A DNA stretch of 64,000 nt from the NCBI RefSeq assembly GCF_009914755.1, contig NC_060926.1. The stretch is one strand, 5' to 3'. The position numbers and the translations under genes are program-made. Of the stretch, positions 1 to 18,688 are shown in pieces (the first letter of the stretch is position 1; every line of letters begins with the position of its first letter). Under the pieces are notes generated by a model. That model had not been told where the DNA came from. It ran no database searches and saw nothing but the letters and a program-made list of their open reading frames with translations. The DNA is from the human T2T-CHM13v2.0 reference genome, Homo sapiens.

Positions 1-3889
<3,889 letters not shown>

Positions 3890-5352
3890 AATAGGTCCTG
3901 AAGGGAGTGCTAAATATGGAAAGAAAAGACTATTACTGGCCACTACAAAAACACACATAAGTACACAGAACAATGACACTATAAAGCAACCACACAAACA
4001 AGTCTGCTTAATAACCAGCTAACAATATGATGACAGGATCAAATCCATACATATTAATACTAACCTTGAATGTAAACAGGCTAAATACTCCAATTAAAAG
4101 GCACAGAATGGCAGGTTGGATAAAGAAACAAGATCCTATTGTATGCTGTCTTTAAGAGCCCCATATATCTCACATATAATGACACCTATAGGTTCAAAGT
4201 AAAGGGATGGGGGAAAATCTACCAAACAAAGAGAAAACAGAAAAACGCAGGGATTGCTATTCTAACTCCAGACAAAACAGGTGTTAAACAAACAAAGATC
4301 AAAACAGACAAAGACCATTACATAATGGTAATGGCTCAGTTCAACAAGAAGACCTGACTATTCTAAATATATATGCACCCAACACAGGAGCATCCAGATT
4401 TTAATAAACAGGACTTAATAGACGTCTACAGAACTCTTCATCCAAAAACAACCAAATATACATTCTTCTCATCTGTGCATGACACATACTCTAAAATTAA
4501 CCACACAAGTAGTTATAAAACAATCCTTAGCAAATTAAAAAAGAAAACCTGAAGCATGAAATCATACCTAGTACATTCTCAGACCACAGAACAATTAAAA
4601 TAGAAATACATACTAGGAAAATTGCTCAAAACCATACAATTACATGTAAATCAAAAAACTTGCTCCTGAATAATTTTGGGGTTAATAATGAAATTAAGGC
4701 AGAAATCAAGAAATTCTTTAAAACTATTGAAAACAAAGATATAACATATCAGGATATCTAGGACACAGCTAAAGCAGTGTGAAGAGGGACACTTATAGCA
4801 CTAAACATTCACATCGAAAAGTTAGACAGATCTCAAATTTACAACCTAACATCACATGTGGAAGAATTAGAGAAACAAGAGCAAACTAAGTCCAAAACTA
4901 ACAAAATAAAAGAAATGATCAAAATCAGAGCTAAACCAAAAAAAAAACTGAGATGTGAAAAACCATACAAAATATCAATGAACCCAGGGGATGGTTCTTT
5001 GAAGGAATTGATAAGATAGATGGACTGCTACCTAGACTAATAAAAAATGAAAGAAGATCCAAATAAACACAATCAGAAATAATAAAAGAGACATTACCAC
5101 TGACCCCACAGAAATACAAAAAGCTGCAGAGACTACTACGAATACCTCCATGCTCACAGGCGAGAACACCTAGAAGAAATGGATGAATTCCTGAAAACAT
5201 ACAACCTACAAAGATTGAACGAGGAAAAAATTGAATCTCTGACCAATAACAAGTTCTAAAATGGAATCAGAAATACATAGCTTCAAAAAAAACCTAAGAC
5301 CAGACAGATTCATAGCCAAATTCTACAAGACATATAAAAAAGAGCTAGTATT

Positions 5353-5520
5353 GGCTGGGTGCGGTGGCTCACACCTGTAATCCTAGCACTTTGGGAGTTG
5401 GGTGGGCAGATCACCTGAGATCAGGAGTTTGAGACCAGCCTGGGCAACACAGTGAAGATCACGCTACTGCACTCCAGCCTGGGTGACAGAGCAAGATTCT
5501 GTCTCCAAAAAAAAAAAAAG
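5353..5520 (+). mobile_element. Internally deleted Alu (left-arm start fused to right-arm end)
   Basis: ggctgggtgcggtggctc...gggcaacacagtga joined directly to agatcacgctactgcactccagcc...A-tail. TSD aaaaagagctagta / aaaaaaagctagta. Confidence 0.92.
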
Positions 5521-6593
5521 AAAAAAAAGCTAGTAATCTTTCTACCAAAATAATTATTCCAAAAAATTGCAAAGGGGGGGACTCTTCCATAACTCATACT
5601 ACGAGTCAAGCATCATCCTGATACCAAAACCTGGCAGAAACACCACAAAAGAGGAAAATGTAAGGCCAATATCCTTGATGAAAATCAATGCGAAAATCCC
5701 CAACAAAATACTAGCAAACCAAATCCAGCAGCAAAGCAAAAAGCTAATCCACTCGATTAAGGAAGCTTTATCTCTGGGATGCAAGGTTGGTTCAATAAAC
5801 ACAAATCAATACATATAATTCATCACATAAGCAGAACTAAAGACAAAAACCACATAATTATCTCAATAGAAGGGGAAAAGCTTTTGATAAAATTCAACAC
5901 TTTTTCATGTTAAAAACCCTCAACAAACTGAGCATTGAAGGAACTTCTGGCAAAATAATAACACCCAAAATAATAAGAGCCATTCATGACAAACCCACGG
6001 CCAACATCATAATAATTGGGCAAACACTGGAAGCAACCACCCTTGAAAACCAGAACAAAACAAGGATGTACCATCTCACTGCTTCTATTCATAGTACTGG
6101 AAGTCCTGGCCAGAGCAATCAGGCAAGAGTGGGAAATAAAAGAAAACCAAACAGAAAGAGACGGAGTCAAACTATCTCTGTTTACAGATTCTATATGTAG
6201 AAAATCCCATAGTGTCTGCCCACAGGCTCCTTAATTTGATACACAACTTCAGAAAAGTTTCAGGATACAAAAATCAATGTATAAAAATCAGTTGCTTTCC
6301 TACATACCAACATCCAAGCTGAGGGCCAAATCAAGAACACAATCCCATTTACAGCATGCACAAAGAGAATAAAATACATAGGAATACAGCAAACCAGGGA
6401 GGTGAAAGATCTATACAATGACAACTACAAAACACTCCTCGAAGAAATCAGAGATAATATATACAAATGAAAAAAGCACTCCATGTTCATGGATAGGAAA
6501 AATCAATATTGTTAAAATGGCCATACTGCCCAAAGCAATTTAATATTCACTACTGTACCTATCAAACTACCAATGATATCCTTCACAGAATTA

Positions 6594-6911
<318 letters not shown>

Positions 6912-8400
6912 AAAAATTCATATGGAATCAAAAGAGCTTGAATAGCAGAGGTAATCCTAAGCAAAAAGACCAAAACTGAAAGCATCTCATTCCTGGACTT
7001 CCATACTGCAAGTCTACAGTGACCAAAACAGCAAGGCACTGTCACAAAAACAGAAACGTAGACCAATGGAACAGAATAGAAAGCCCAGAAGTAATGCCAC
7101 ACAGCTACAATCATATGATCGTCCACAAAGTGGACAAAAGCAAGGAATCGGGAAAAGACTTCCTAATCAATAAATGGTGCTGGCATAATTGGCTAACCAT
7201 ATGCAGAAGATTGAAGCTGGGCTCCTTCCTTACACCATATACAAAAATCAACTCAAGGTGGAATAAAGACTTAAATCTAAAACCAAAAACTACACAAACT
7301 TTGCAGTATAACCTAGGAATTGTTGACCATGTAAAGATTTCATGATGATGATGCCAAAAGCAATTGCAATAAAAACAAAAATTGACAAATGGGACCTAAA
7401 GAAGAACTTTTGCATAGCAAAAGAAATGATCCACACAGTAAACAACCAACCTACAGAATGGTAGAAAATTTTTGCAACCTATGCATCTGACAAAGGTCTG
7501 ATATCCAGAATCTATTAGGAACTTAAACAAACTTACAAGCAAAAAATAGCCCCATTAAAAAGTGGGCAAAGGACATGAATACAAACTTTTCGAAAGAAGA
7601 CATACACATGGCCAAGAAGCATAGGGAAAAAATGTTCATCATCACTATCATTACAGAAATGCAAACAAAACCACAATGAGATATCATCTCAAATCTGTCA
7701 GAATGTCCATTATTAAAAAATCAAAAAATAACAGATGTTGGTGAGGTTGCAGAGAAAAGGGAATGCTTATACACTGTTGGTGGAAGTGTAAATGAGTTCA
7801 ACCATTATGAAAAGGAGTTTGGTGATTTCTCAAAGAACTTGAAGCAGAATTACCATTCAACCCAGCAATCTTACTATTTCATATATACCCAAGCAAATAT
7901 AAATTGTTTTACCATTAAGATATATGCACACATATGTTCACTGCAGAACTATTCGCAATAGCAAAGACATGGAATTGACCTAAATGCCCATCAATGGTAG
8001 ACTGAATAAAGAAAATGTAGTACATATACACCATGGAATATTATGCAGCCATAAAAAAGAATGAGATCATGCTCCTTGCAACCACATGGATGAAGCTGGA
8101 GGCTATTATCCTAAGCAAACTAACAGAAACAGAAAACCAAATACCACATATTCTCACTTATAACTGGCAGCTAAACACTGAGTATATATGGACACAAAGA
8201 AGAAAACAACAGAATCTGGGGCCGACCTGAGGGTCGAGGGAGGAAGTAGGGTGAGAACTGAAAAACTACCTGTCAGGTATTATGCTTATTACCTGGGTGA
8301 CAAAATAATCTGTACATCAAACCCCTGTGACAAGCAATTTACCTAAATAATAAACCAGCATGTGTTCCCCTGAAGCTAAAATAAAAGTTAAAAAAAAATT

Positions 8401-8751
<351 letters not shown>

Positions 8752-9249
8752 TTAGAAAATTGCCTTTTTCTTTCTTGTTTCTGCCACAGATCTACACAGT
8801 GCTCCCTTTTGTAGTTGTTAGTTGAATGATAATTGATGTGTGTTCCAAAAAGATTTAAATCATAGTACAATTTCCTAGCTCAGTAATGATGATATAGACT
8901 TAAAAAATGTTATAGAGGAAATTCATTAACCATTTCCCTCTCTTTCCCTCCTATTTACCTTGAAATTTTATGGCTTCATTGAGTTATTAACTGACTGTGA
9001 TTATAAATCAAAATTAAATGAAGAAGGGGTAAATTATACAGTAACCTATTAAAGATTTTTGATTAATTTAATTAGCTTATTTTATATTGTTTCTGTACTA
9101 CCATTTTATTTTGTATTATTTCTGTATCTTCATAGGTTCATTAAAGGCAGTAAAAATTAATTCTTTTTCTTTTGTACTACAAAGCTTTCTATGTGCCATT
9201 CCACAGACCTTATCACATTGTACTGGAGTCACCAACATACTTTCCTGAT

Positions 9250-9360
9250 TTTCCAGTGGACTGTGAGCTCTTTGAAAGAAAGACTCTATTGTATCGTTTT
9301 ACTATCCTCAATACAAAATACTTAATGAATACATGAATTAATAAATCAAGGAGTGAATGA
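9250..9360 (+). mobile_element. L2 3' end fragment
   Basis: actgtgagctctttgaaagaaagac...aatgaatacatgaattaataaat resembles the L2 terminus. Confidence 0.55.
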
Positions 9361-9374
9361 AATTTTCTTTACTG

Positions 9375-10820
9375 CAGTAGATGCCAAATATAAAAAGATG
9401 GCTAAGATACAGTCTCAACTTTTGAAGACCTTATAATACACTGAAGAATGGATATAAAGAAACAATTACAAAAATATAACCATAGTTATAGAGTTATACA
9501 AATAGAAATACAGAGAAAGAGCACCTACGAAGAAGGAGGGATAGTTGTGAAGTCTCGGCAGAGAGCTTTGGGAAAGATCTTATCGAAGAATGCCTGAGTG
9601 GGTCTCCATCAGAAGAAGGAGAGAGTGTGGGAAGAAAGAGTACACAAATTAGAGTAGAAAATGGGAGCAAGAAGAAAAGATGATAAATGGTGTGTTGAAT
9701 ATGATGAATTAGAAGTAGTTACATTTTATGGACCACTGGGGAGAGAGATGCTTAGAGATAAAGTTGGAGAGGTAGACCAGGCTGGGCTCTTGATTCAGGA
9801 ACTCGTGTTTTATCTTTTAGGTAATGAAAAATCATTGAGGGTCTTAAAGGTGAACAATGACATGGTCAGATATATTCTTTGCATGGGAAAAAGTTGAATA
9901 TAAAGGGACCGGATGCTATTTTCCTAATCCTAGTAAGAGAGTTGAGGGCTTAAACTAGGGTGGATGCAGGAAAGAAGAGGCGAAAAGTTGTATAAATGTA
10001 GAATTCTTTCTTCTCTGTGAAGAAAAATAGCCTTCTTGCTATCATTTTATAACACTTAGCACAATGCATTAGAGTCAACCACATTTAATTTGAGTCAAAC
10101 TTGAAATTTGATCTGGTATGGGAGATATGTGAATGGGAGAAGCCAAAAATGTATCCAAGGTTTCCAGTTTGGTTTATTGGAAGGACAGTGGTGTTGAAAT
10201 ATCAACAGAGAGATAGGCAAATATGAACGAGGTAGAATTCAGAATTAGGCAATGCTTATTCATTTCTTGATTAATTGAGTTTCAGATTTCTGCAATATTT
10301 TAAGGTGGAGATCTTCCATAGATAGTTGATTGTGAAGCTGGATATAAGTGTGAAGTACAGTCAAGATACCTAGAGTCAAGATAGTGATATTAGCTGTGTC
10401 TGGATGTTGAAATGCTAGCAGATGAAAAAAAAAATCCAAGCAGAGAGTATAGAACAAGAAGAAAAACAGTCTGAGAAGACAGCCTTAAGAACTAGCTCTA
10501 GTTAATGGTGGACATACAAGAACTCATGAAAATACACATGGTAAGACATTGTATAGATAATATATACATGGTAAGATACACATAGTTCAGAGATGATATG
10601 GTAAGACATAGAATAGAAGTTTGTTGTCTGAGGACTTAATGGAATAGAAAATCTTAATGTCAAAGAGTAAAAAATTGTTTCAAATCCAATAGTATTTCAA
10701 TAATGACATCTTAAAAGAATGTGCCCTGGACTTGACAGGTTGGGAGCTATTGGTGGCCTTGCCAAGAACAGTTTCAGTAGAAAGCAGAGACAAGGGCCAG
10801 GTTGCCATTGTAAAGGAGAG
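9375..10820 (-). mobile_element. L2 LINE, highly degraded
   Basis: Purine-rich L2 antisense motifs, e.g. ttttatcttttaggtaatgaaaaatcattgagggtcttaaag...gacatggtcagat and tggtggccttgccaagaacagtttcagtag. Confidence 0.7.
10534..10612 (+). repeat. Degenerate 30-bp-period minisatellite (3 x atggtaaga core)
   Basis: atggtaaga at 10538, 10568 and 10598. Confidence 0.75.
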
Positions 10821-10893
10821 AATTTCTCAAAGGTTCTTACTATGCTCTGGGTCATCAAACTTCAAGAAGTACTGAATTGAAAATTTGGCTCAC

Positions 10894-10923
10894 ATTATTT
10901 ATTTATTTATTTATTTATTTTTA
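10894..10923. repeat. (TTTA)n microsatellite
   Basis: attttatttatttatttatttattt. Confidence 0.85.
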
Positions 10924-12639
10924 ATCTGTTCCTTCACACTTCACAAATCAAATTTTTTTCAAGTAATCCAAATTAACAAAACAATGGGATCTGTGTTCAT
11001 TAGAACACACTTTTAGACAGATGAATCATAAGCCGTATGTGTTTATATTGAAACCCAAACAAAATGACACATTGAAAGAAACCATCTTAAAGGGAGAGCA
11101 GAAGAGATTTGTAATGAGGAATAATGTTATAAATAACTACTAAAAATGTAAAAGTGACTATTTCTAAATATCCTCAACTTGTAAGAGAATACCAGTGTTA
11201 CTTGACATTTGGCCCAGCTGTATATAGACAGAGACATGCTGAAAAGGGGAATAACAATATTGCTTTTGGAGGGATTTTTATATTTATTCATCTAGATTTG
11301 AACAGAAATTAAATAATACCTTAGTATATTGTTCTGAGCCAGAGGTTAGTGAAAATGCTGATGTAAGAAGAGCAAAACACTTGATCTATCATTCATAGCC
11401 TCCAAACTTGTCAGAAACAGCTATCTTCTTTCTGATACAATTTCTTTTCCCAGATTGGAAAATATAATACCATCAAGTACCCAGGCACCTGTGTATTTAG
11501 AATCCATTACGATGGTATCCTGAGACTTCTCACACAAAGGTGCCTGGCCTAAAGACACTTTTTAATATTATAATACATTCACATGTGAAAAAAGTTAATA
11601 GAATATTGTTTGCTTTTTGTATCTTCTCTCTTTCCCTTGACTCTTTCAATTATAAGTTTATGTTTGAATGTTTGTATGAGGGAGAAAGTCATTTTTATTT
11701 TTCTTCTTCAGGAATAAAATAATTTCCTTAGAAGTAAATGGAAAAATCTAACACAGACCAGAGCAAAATCACTGATATTAGGAACACCTACACCAAAGTG
11801 AATCCATCATCAAATGAGACACTTTAATATATACAGACACCACTGATTCTCCCTACACCACCATTGCCCATTTTATCTCAAAGAACTTTGAATCTAAATA
11901 ATTTGCTATCTGTAGCTCCAGGAAGAAACTGAAAACCAGTTAGGAATCTGTGAGCAAAGACTTGATAGTTCTCCACACTCATGTGCATTATCTGTTCTCT
12001 TGATGCTAATTGAATCTTTTCTTACACACTGGCTCACAATTACAACCACAAAACCCAACCAAAATATCTAATAATCACTGTGACAGAATATCCAATCTGG
12101 AACAGGGAAAATAGATTGTAGCAATCATAGAAAATCTGTTTTATGTTACTTATTTCTTTATCAAGACACTACTAAGTAGTCCCTCTCATAAAAAAAAGAG
12201 AAGCAATTGAAAATTAATCAACTACACCTATAAATACCTACTGCTTATCTGATCTGTGCAGATCCTTCACCAGGTGCTATGCAGGATAAAGGAATCATGT
12301 GATGATCCACACCTTCAAGAACTAAGCTAACTTAAGGCGTGAATGCACAGATGTGCTTCTTGGAGTCATTTCCAAAATGGGGTTTTTCTCTGAAGCTCCA
12401 TCTGTATAAGATGTTACTAAAAACATTTAAGCTCTCACACTGTCTTCCTTCCTGCAATAGCTACCTCATAACCAATGTCACAATTTTGTAAGGCAGTGAT
12501 ACTATTCAATTATAGTGGACAAAAGGGCATGGGCAAAACAAACAAAAATGTACTTATTTAAGTGAAAAAGAAGAAAAAAGCCCTGTTATTTCCTTAAAGG
12601 TAATATCAGCAGGAATGACAGTGGTGATAAAAATGTTAT

Positions 12640-12860
12640 CATTTCGTAAGCGTTTATTATCTGTCAGGCAGGAGACTTAGAGCTTTACAAATTCTAATTC
12701 ACTTAAGTCTGCCAAGAACTGTTTAAAGCAGATAAAATCCTGATTTTACTAACACAGATAGCAAAGATAATAAATATTAAACAACTTGACCAAAGTTATA
12801 TAGTTGGGAAATAAGGAAACTAGAGTTCAAACCCATATCCTTAAACACTACACTATTCTG
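12640..12860 (-). mobile_element. MIR SINE
   Basis: aagcgtttattatctgtcaggc...ttaaacaacttgaccaaagttatatagttgggaaataaggaaactagagttcaaaccca. Confidence 0.7.
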
Positions 12861-13014
12861 TCTTACGTATGCATGCCACTATAGACTTCACAAAATCTAT
12901 ATAACATATTTAAACAGACTCCTAAACTGTCTTTTGTCCACTGAATCCTATAATGAGAGACCACCTTTATATACCCTCAGTTATTTTCATCAGTAAAGTA
13001 GGATCATATTACCT

Positions 13015-13551
13015 GTTGTGATACTGCATTTCTCAAAGGTTGCCAAATGTTGCACAAGTGCTTGTTAAAAATACAATTTTGGCCTTCTTCTATTGAGAAG
13101 TATGGTCTGTATTTCACTTCCTTGAATATGGAAAGGTCTATGACTATGACACAACTGAATCTATGTGACATCCAAGGCTAACTGATAAAAAGTTATTGAG
13201 CTTCCTCCTGGTTCTCCTGAGGCGCTCATCCAAGGAACCCAGGTGCCATGTTGTGGAGAAGTCAAGTAGCCACATGGAAAAACAATTTGTACATGGTCTG
13301 GCTATAGCCTCAACTAAGGCAATGCCAGCTACCTTCTAGCATAAACCGTCAGACAAATGAATGAGTATGCCTTTAGATTATTCCATTTTTTAGCATCTGA
13401 GCTGCCCCAAATTATGTCTTGTGGGGCTGAGACAAACTCTGCACACTTAGCCCTGTTCAAATTTCAGACTGTGAACAAAATAAATGTTGTCATTTACTTC
13501 AGGCCACTAAATTTTGGATCAGTACGCTACACAGAAATACATAGCCACAAC
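13015..13551 (+). mobile_element. MaLR LTR (MLT1G/H-like), interrupting a + strand MIR (12965-13014 and 13552-13640)
   Basis: ggaacccaggtgccatgttgtggagaagtcaag...aaaataaatgttgtcatt...gccactaaattttgga...aca. The MIR core ctcagttattttcatcagtaaag resumes as taaatgagataatgcat. Confidence 0.75.
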
Positions 13552-13711
13552 ATCTGTCTTAATTCACAGTATAGTGTGTTCTAAATGAGATAATGCATAC
13601 TAATATTGCAAATAACTGAGAAAATATGTGATTATTATTGCTTTTGCTTGTGTTATAATCACTCTATGGAGTCACTTCAAATAATTACATTTATTCTAAT
13701 ATCTTTTATTT

Positions 13712-13876
13712 CTCCTACTAAAAGTATGGTCCACAAATCAGCAGCATAAATGTAACCTGGGAGATTGTTAGACATGCAGAATCTGGGATCCCACCCCAGA
13801 TCTACTGAATCAGAATTCTGCACTTTGACAAGATCCCTCGGTGATTCCTATGCATATTAAGTTTTGTAAGTACCAG
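13712..13876 (+). mobile_element. MER5A-like hAT-Charlie MITE
   Basis: cctgggagattgttagacatgcagaatct...ccaccccagatctactgaatcagaa...ggtgattcctatgcatattaag. Confidence 0.85.
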
Positions 13877-15031
13877 GAGAGACCACTTAAGCAGGTCAAT
13901 AATTGTTGTGTAAGATAGTTCCATGATTAGTCACGTGTACTGGCAGCCTAAGCGAGCTACTACGTCTATGGATAGACACTAACTCCTAGTCTTCTATAAA
14001 TAGTAATGGTGATCCAATAAGAAAACCTCTGCATTTTCATCAGGAAATTCATGAGAAATAAAAACGTTCAAAAGCTCTCTCTTTCAAGATGTGCGGAAGG
14101 TTGACAGAAGCAACCCAGCATGATCTGACAGATGGTGTATGTCAGAGGAATGAGTGGAAAAGAAGAAAAAGAGCCAGCCTTTCAAAGTACCTGATTATAG
14201 TTTTACCAAAGAGCTGCCTTTAGGCCAATTTTTCAGAGTCTAGTAGCTTCCAAATGTTTTGGATCAAGGGCTCACTATTCCAATATTTTGTAGGTAACTG
14301 GCTAGCTGGATTGGCAATTACCTACATGGATAAAAGTGAGCATTCCTGTCTGTGCTTTTTTTTTAAAAAAAATTAAAACTAGTGGTTTGAGAAATGAATA
14401 CAAATCATTAATAAGGTACTGTGAGACCAGAGCCTCTTCAAGTTTAATTTAACCTGGTGTGTCCACTCAAAGATTTCTATCATATCTTCACTTTAAACAC
14501 TCTTTGGCCCTTACCCTTAATCTAAATATTAGTTTGTAAATACTTATGAAAACAATAAATGTACAAGGCCCATACCATTACTTAGATGCTGTAAACATGG
14601 TTAAGGACTGCAGAAAAATAATTAGGACTCCAAGAAACAGCTTGTATGTCTGAAAATGGGAAAAAAGCAAAGCCAAGCCGATGTGTCTTACAATGGATTT
14701 AAAAACATGGTATCTTTATTAACCATAATAGTAATAATAAATCTCATCATTATTATGTATTTGAAGCTTTCTAGTTGTCCCTGTCAATATCTCTGTGAGA
14801 TTAGCAATCATCTATTTTCACATTTCCAATGAAGAAGGTAAAACACAATGAGTATAGGAGATTAATATAAGGTAACATCTCCAGTCAGTGTTTGTGGTTG
14901 AGAAAAAGAAACTACTATTCATATTTCCTAACTCCCGGTGGGAACTTATTGCTTTGGAAAATAAAAAAAGATACCTAAATTTTAGGTATGAGTTATAACT
15001 AAAAGCCACACATATGGAACCATAGTCTCTA

Positions 15032-15210
15032 GCACAACATTGTTCAATTTCAGTAGGATTTTCTTCAACTGTGGGAATGCTCTTTAGCTACGCTGCCCCA
15101 TATGGTAACTATTAGGCACATGTGTCTAGTTGCATGAAATAATGGCTATTGTGACTAAGAAACAGAATTTTGGGGTTTGTTCCATTTTAATTAATTTAAG
15201 TTAAATTTAA
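15032..15210 (+). mobile_element. MER3-like hAT-Charlie fossil
   Basis: gctgcccatatggtaactattaggcacatgtg...gtgactaagaaacagaatttt...ttaattaatttaagttaaattt. Confidence 0.7.
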
Positions 15211-16526
15211 TTTTGCTCCAAAGAATGAAAGCATGAAAGATTGAGAGCCAGGTTTTGGAAAACCCATCCTCCAGCAACGATTTCTAAGCGTCTTGCACAA
15301 GGCACCTGCAAAAACCCCAGAACAAGAAAGAAAGGAAAATGATAGAGTGACTATAGGCCAGTGAACTGGGAGTCTGGGGAATCAGATTAGAGTCTTGAAC
15401 TCAGCTCTGTCATTTGCAAAATAAAGGCATTGAAGTTGATATGTTCTAAAGCATTTTTCAGTTACAAAATTACGTGATTTTAGCTAGATGACAGTTGGTT
15501 TCTTCCTGCCCCTTTCTCTATTTTCTCTGTCTTTAGCATCATCCTGACGTTCCTTGTAACCTCACCAAATTCAAAAGCACCATTTTCAATCTGCAATTTC
15601 ATGTCTTCTCATAAGCAAATTAAGGATAATTTTCTTGTGGTTGTCATTTTCCACTTTAAAAGAGCCAGGTAGCACACTCATCCAGCTGCTGAGATCCCAC
15701 AAAAGCAATTAATTCAAAGCATGACTTTGTTCTTCCTATTCTCTTGTCCTTTCAGAGTCATGAATCACGGTTATTTGGACTTAGTACTTATTCTTACTTT
15801 GCCTTAGGATGTTCCAATTTTTTTTTTTAAACAATGGTCTCTTCCACATCTACACTAAGAAATATGCTCTATGCCCTAGGTAATTCCTTTTTCTTACTTC
15901 ACATTAAATGCAAAAGGGAAAAAATGATATAAAATCCTCCATTTCCTTATAACTTCTCTTTAATTCTCTACCCTTCAATTTTACTAGGGTCACTTTGCTT
16001 TCATGTATGTTTCAAATGCACTTGCAATATCTTTTCCTTAGTAAGAATCCTGTCTGAATGAAATATTTTTCTTTTCCAGTCCCTGTCCTTTTAACTTGTT
16101 TCTTCTATTCACTTTCAAACCATCTCTTTTCCTATCAACCTTCTTAGATTAAAAATAAAAGTTATTCATCAATTTCAATCAGATCATTTTAGTTTCCTAT
16201 GCTCTTCAGCTAACATTCAGATTGAACCCAATTTAAGAAAATTTGCATCTCTTCTAGTTGAAGAAATGTGCTTAGGGGTTTAAAGTGATTTTGAAGATAT
16301 TTCACTTTTGAAAATAGATTTCCTACAAGGTATGAAATCCAGTGAAACACATTTAGGGCATTAATTTTCGGAAAGTCAGTATCAATCTATTTCCTACAAT
16401 TCTTGGGTTTTTGTGTTTTTAGAATATTGATATAAAAGCAGGAAATGAATAAGAAAATATCCAAGATCCCAATCCTGTGTTTCTGATGGCTAGGAACAGG
16501 ATAAAGAGCATCTAAATGTAATGCAC

Positions 16527-16884
16527 TGCTATAGTCTGAATGTTTGTGTCCCTCCAAAATTCATTATGTTGAAACCCCAATGCAAAAATATTAAGCGGTG
16601 GGACTTTTGGGAGTTGATTAGGTCATGGAGGCTCCACCTTCATCAATGGAATTAGTCCCTTAGAAAAGAGACCTGAGGAAGCATATTTACCCCTTTGGCA
16701 CATGAGAACATAGTAATAAGGTGCCATCTATGAAGCAGATAGTAAGTTCTCACCACACACCAGATCTGCCAGAGACTTGATCTTGGATTTTCCAGGATCC
16801 AGAATCGTGTGAAATGAAGTTCTGTTGTTTATAAACTACTCAGTCTTTGGAATTTTGTTATAGCAGTTCAAATGCACTAAGACA
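16527..16884 (+). mobile_element. MLT1A0-like solo LTR
   Basis: Termini tgctatagtctgaatgtttgtgtccctccaaaattc ... ttttgttatagcagttcaaatgcactaagaca. Confidence 0.9.
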
Positions 16885-18119
16885 GACATGGAGTTTCAAA
16901 AGATTCAAATTGGCCTCATAAAAATCTCCAGTCTGGAGGACTCAGGAGAAATAAGACGAGTTTCAGAGATTTCTAGATGAAGCTAGGCCGAGAAAGGCTC
17001 CTCAGAAAATATCCACACTGATTCAGGTCCCCAAGAATTTTGAACATAACCTAAAGCTGACTGAGAGAAACACTCTCTGTGGACCCAAACTGATTCTGGA
17101 AAGAGTGGGACAGTCAGGACAACTTTGCCCAAGCCTCCAGCTCTTCTAGTTTCCCGTTCTTTTCATGTGGAACTCAGTTCAAAGTACTGGGAAGTTCAGA
17201 ATTCCCATGAATACTACTTTAAGCTTGAATAATCAATAGTTATATTTCTATCGTCTGGCACCATAGAATTCCAACAAGAATTCTAGCTCTATTGGGAATT
17301 TTCTCCATTCTCACTTATCAAGCTGTCTCCCATTCTTTCTGAATAATTAAGAAATCCGTGTGGCCATGCTTTCTCTCAGAGTTAATCATAACAATATTTC
17401 CTTTCGAGCTACTGTTTCTTAAGGCATTGGAATGTCAATGGACTACCCTAGTGAAGGCAGCTATTTTTATTGTTTTTCCTCTGAACCACTTCTGCTTCAC
17501 CAGTCAAAATATTTGTATTCTGTTTATTCTGTCCATTCAATATTATATTTCTCATATGTTATTACCTGTGTACTCTCCATCATCCAGACAGAGCCTGAGG
17601 GAGCAGCCGACCTCTGCCACTGCACTTGGCTGAAGGAAACTGGCTGCCATCATCTCTCTCTACACAGGATTCTGAATCCACACTGCAGATGGGACTGTCC
17701 ACTTCTCTCAGAGCTCCTCTAACCATTACCCCCATGCCTTGGCAAACTTTTCAGCAGTCACCACCGAAGGGCCAACCTTCTCAGTCTTCCATTATTCTCC
17801 AAACTCTCATTCTATCCCGATTCTTATGCCCCTAATCACAACCAGTCCCTAATACTACCCCATCTCAGCCCCAAATGCTCTATTGTATCTCTACAACTCA
17901 GACTGCTGGATCAGTAGCTTTTAGTATATTTTCATGATTTTTTTCTGAATTTAATGTTCATTATCAGCCCTTAACAGGTATTCATCTAGAACTTTTCAAA
18001 AATGTCTCCCCTTTGACCTTTTAGTTGAATGCTAGTTTTCTTTCCTAGTGGTTGGCAAGGTTTCCTCCTTTATCCCCACTTGGGAATCATTCTTCCTGAC
18101 TCATGGCACATCTGTGAAA

Positions 18120-18350
18120 CATGATGCAACAAGCACAGACTCCAAAATCCAATGGTTCAAACCCCAACTCTACTCCTTACTAGCCTGGTAAGGATTGACA
18201 ATTATTTGACCTCATTCTGCCTCATCTTACTCATTTTTAACATTTAAAAAATAAAATGACAAAAGCACCTTACTCAAAATGATTTTAAGCCTTATAAAAT
18301 AAAGACTAAGTAAACTGACATAAACACAGTACCATAAGCATTACTGATAT
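18120..18350 (+). mobile_element. MIR SINE
   Basis: ggttcaaaccccaactctactccttactagc...tctgcctcatcttactcattt. Confidence 0.6.
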
Positions 18351-18444
18351 AAAGTAGATCCACTTTCATTACTGAATTAAAGGTTCTAAGAAGAATTGAA
18401 ATTAAATATAGTTTTCTTTTATTCAACTCTTCAAGGCATTTTAA

Positions 18445-18688
18445 AATTTATTTTTAAATCATTAAATAAAATTGCATATATTTAATGTGTATGACATGTT
18501 TTGAAATATTAAGCTAATTAAAAAATATATTACTTATTTTTTATGGTGAGGACACTTAAGTCTACTCTCTTAGCAATTTTTAAGAGTACAATATATTTTT
18601 ATTAACTGTAGCCACCATTATGTCCAATGGATCTCTTGAACTTATTCTTCCTAACTGAAATTTTTTATCCCTTGACCAACATCTTCAA
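18445..18688 (-). mobile_element. L1MA 3' end fragment
   Basis: aaaattgcatatatttaatgtgt...ctactctcttagcaattttt...gatctcttgaacttattc...tgaccaacatct. Confidence 0.85.

Noticed and set aside
13930-13940. E-box CACGTG as a regulatory site
   Set aside because: A single hexamer is expected by chance in 64 kb, and there is no supporting context.
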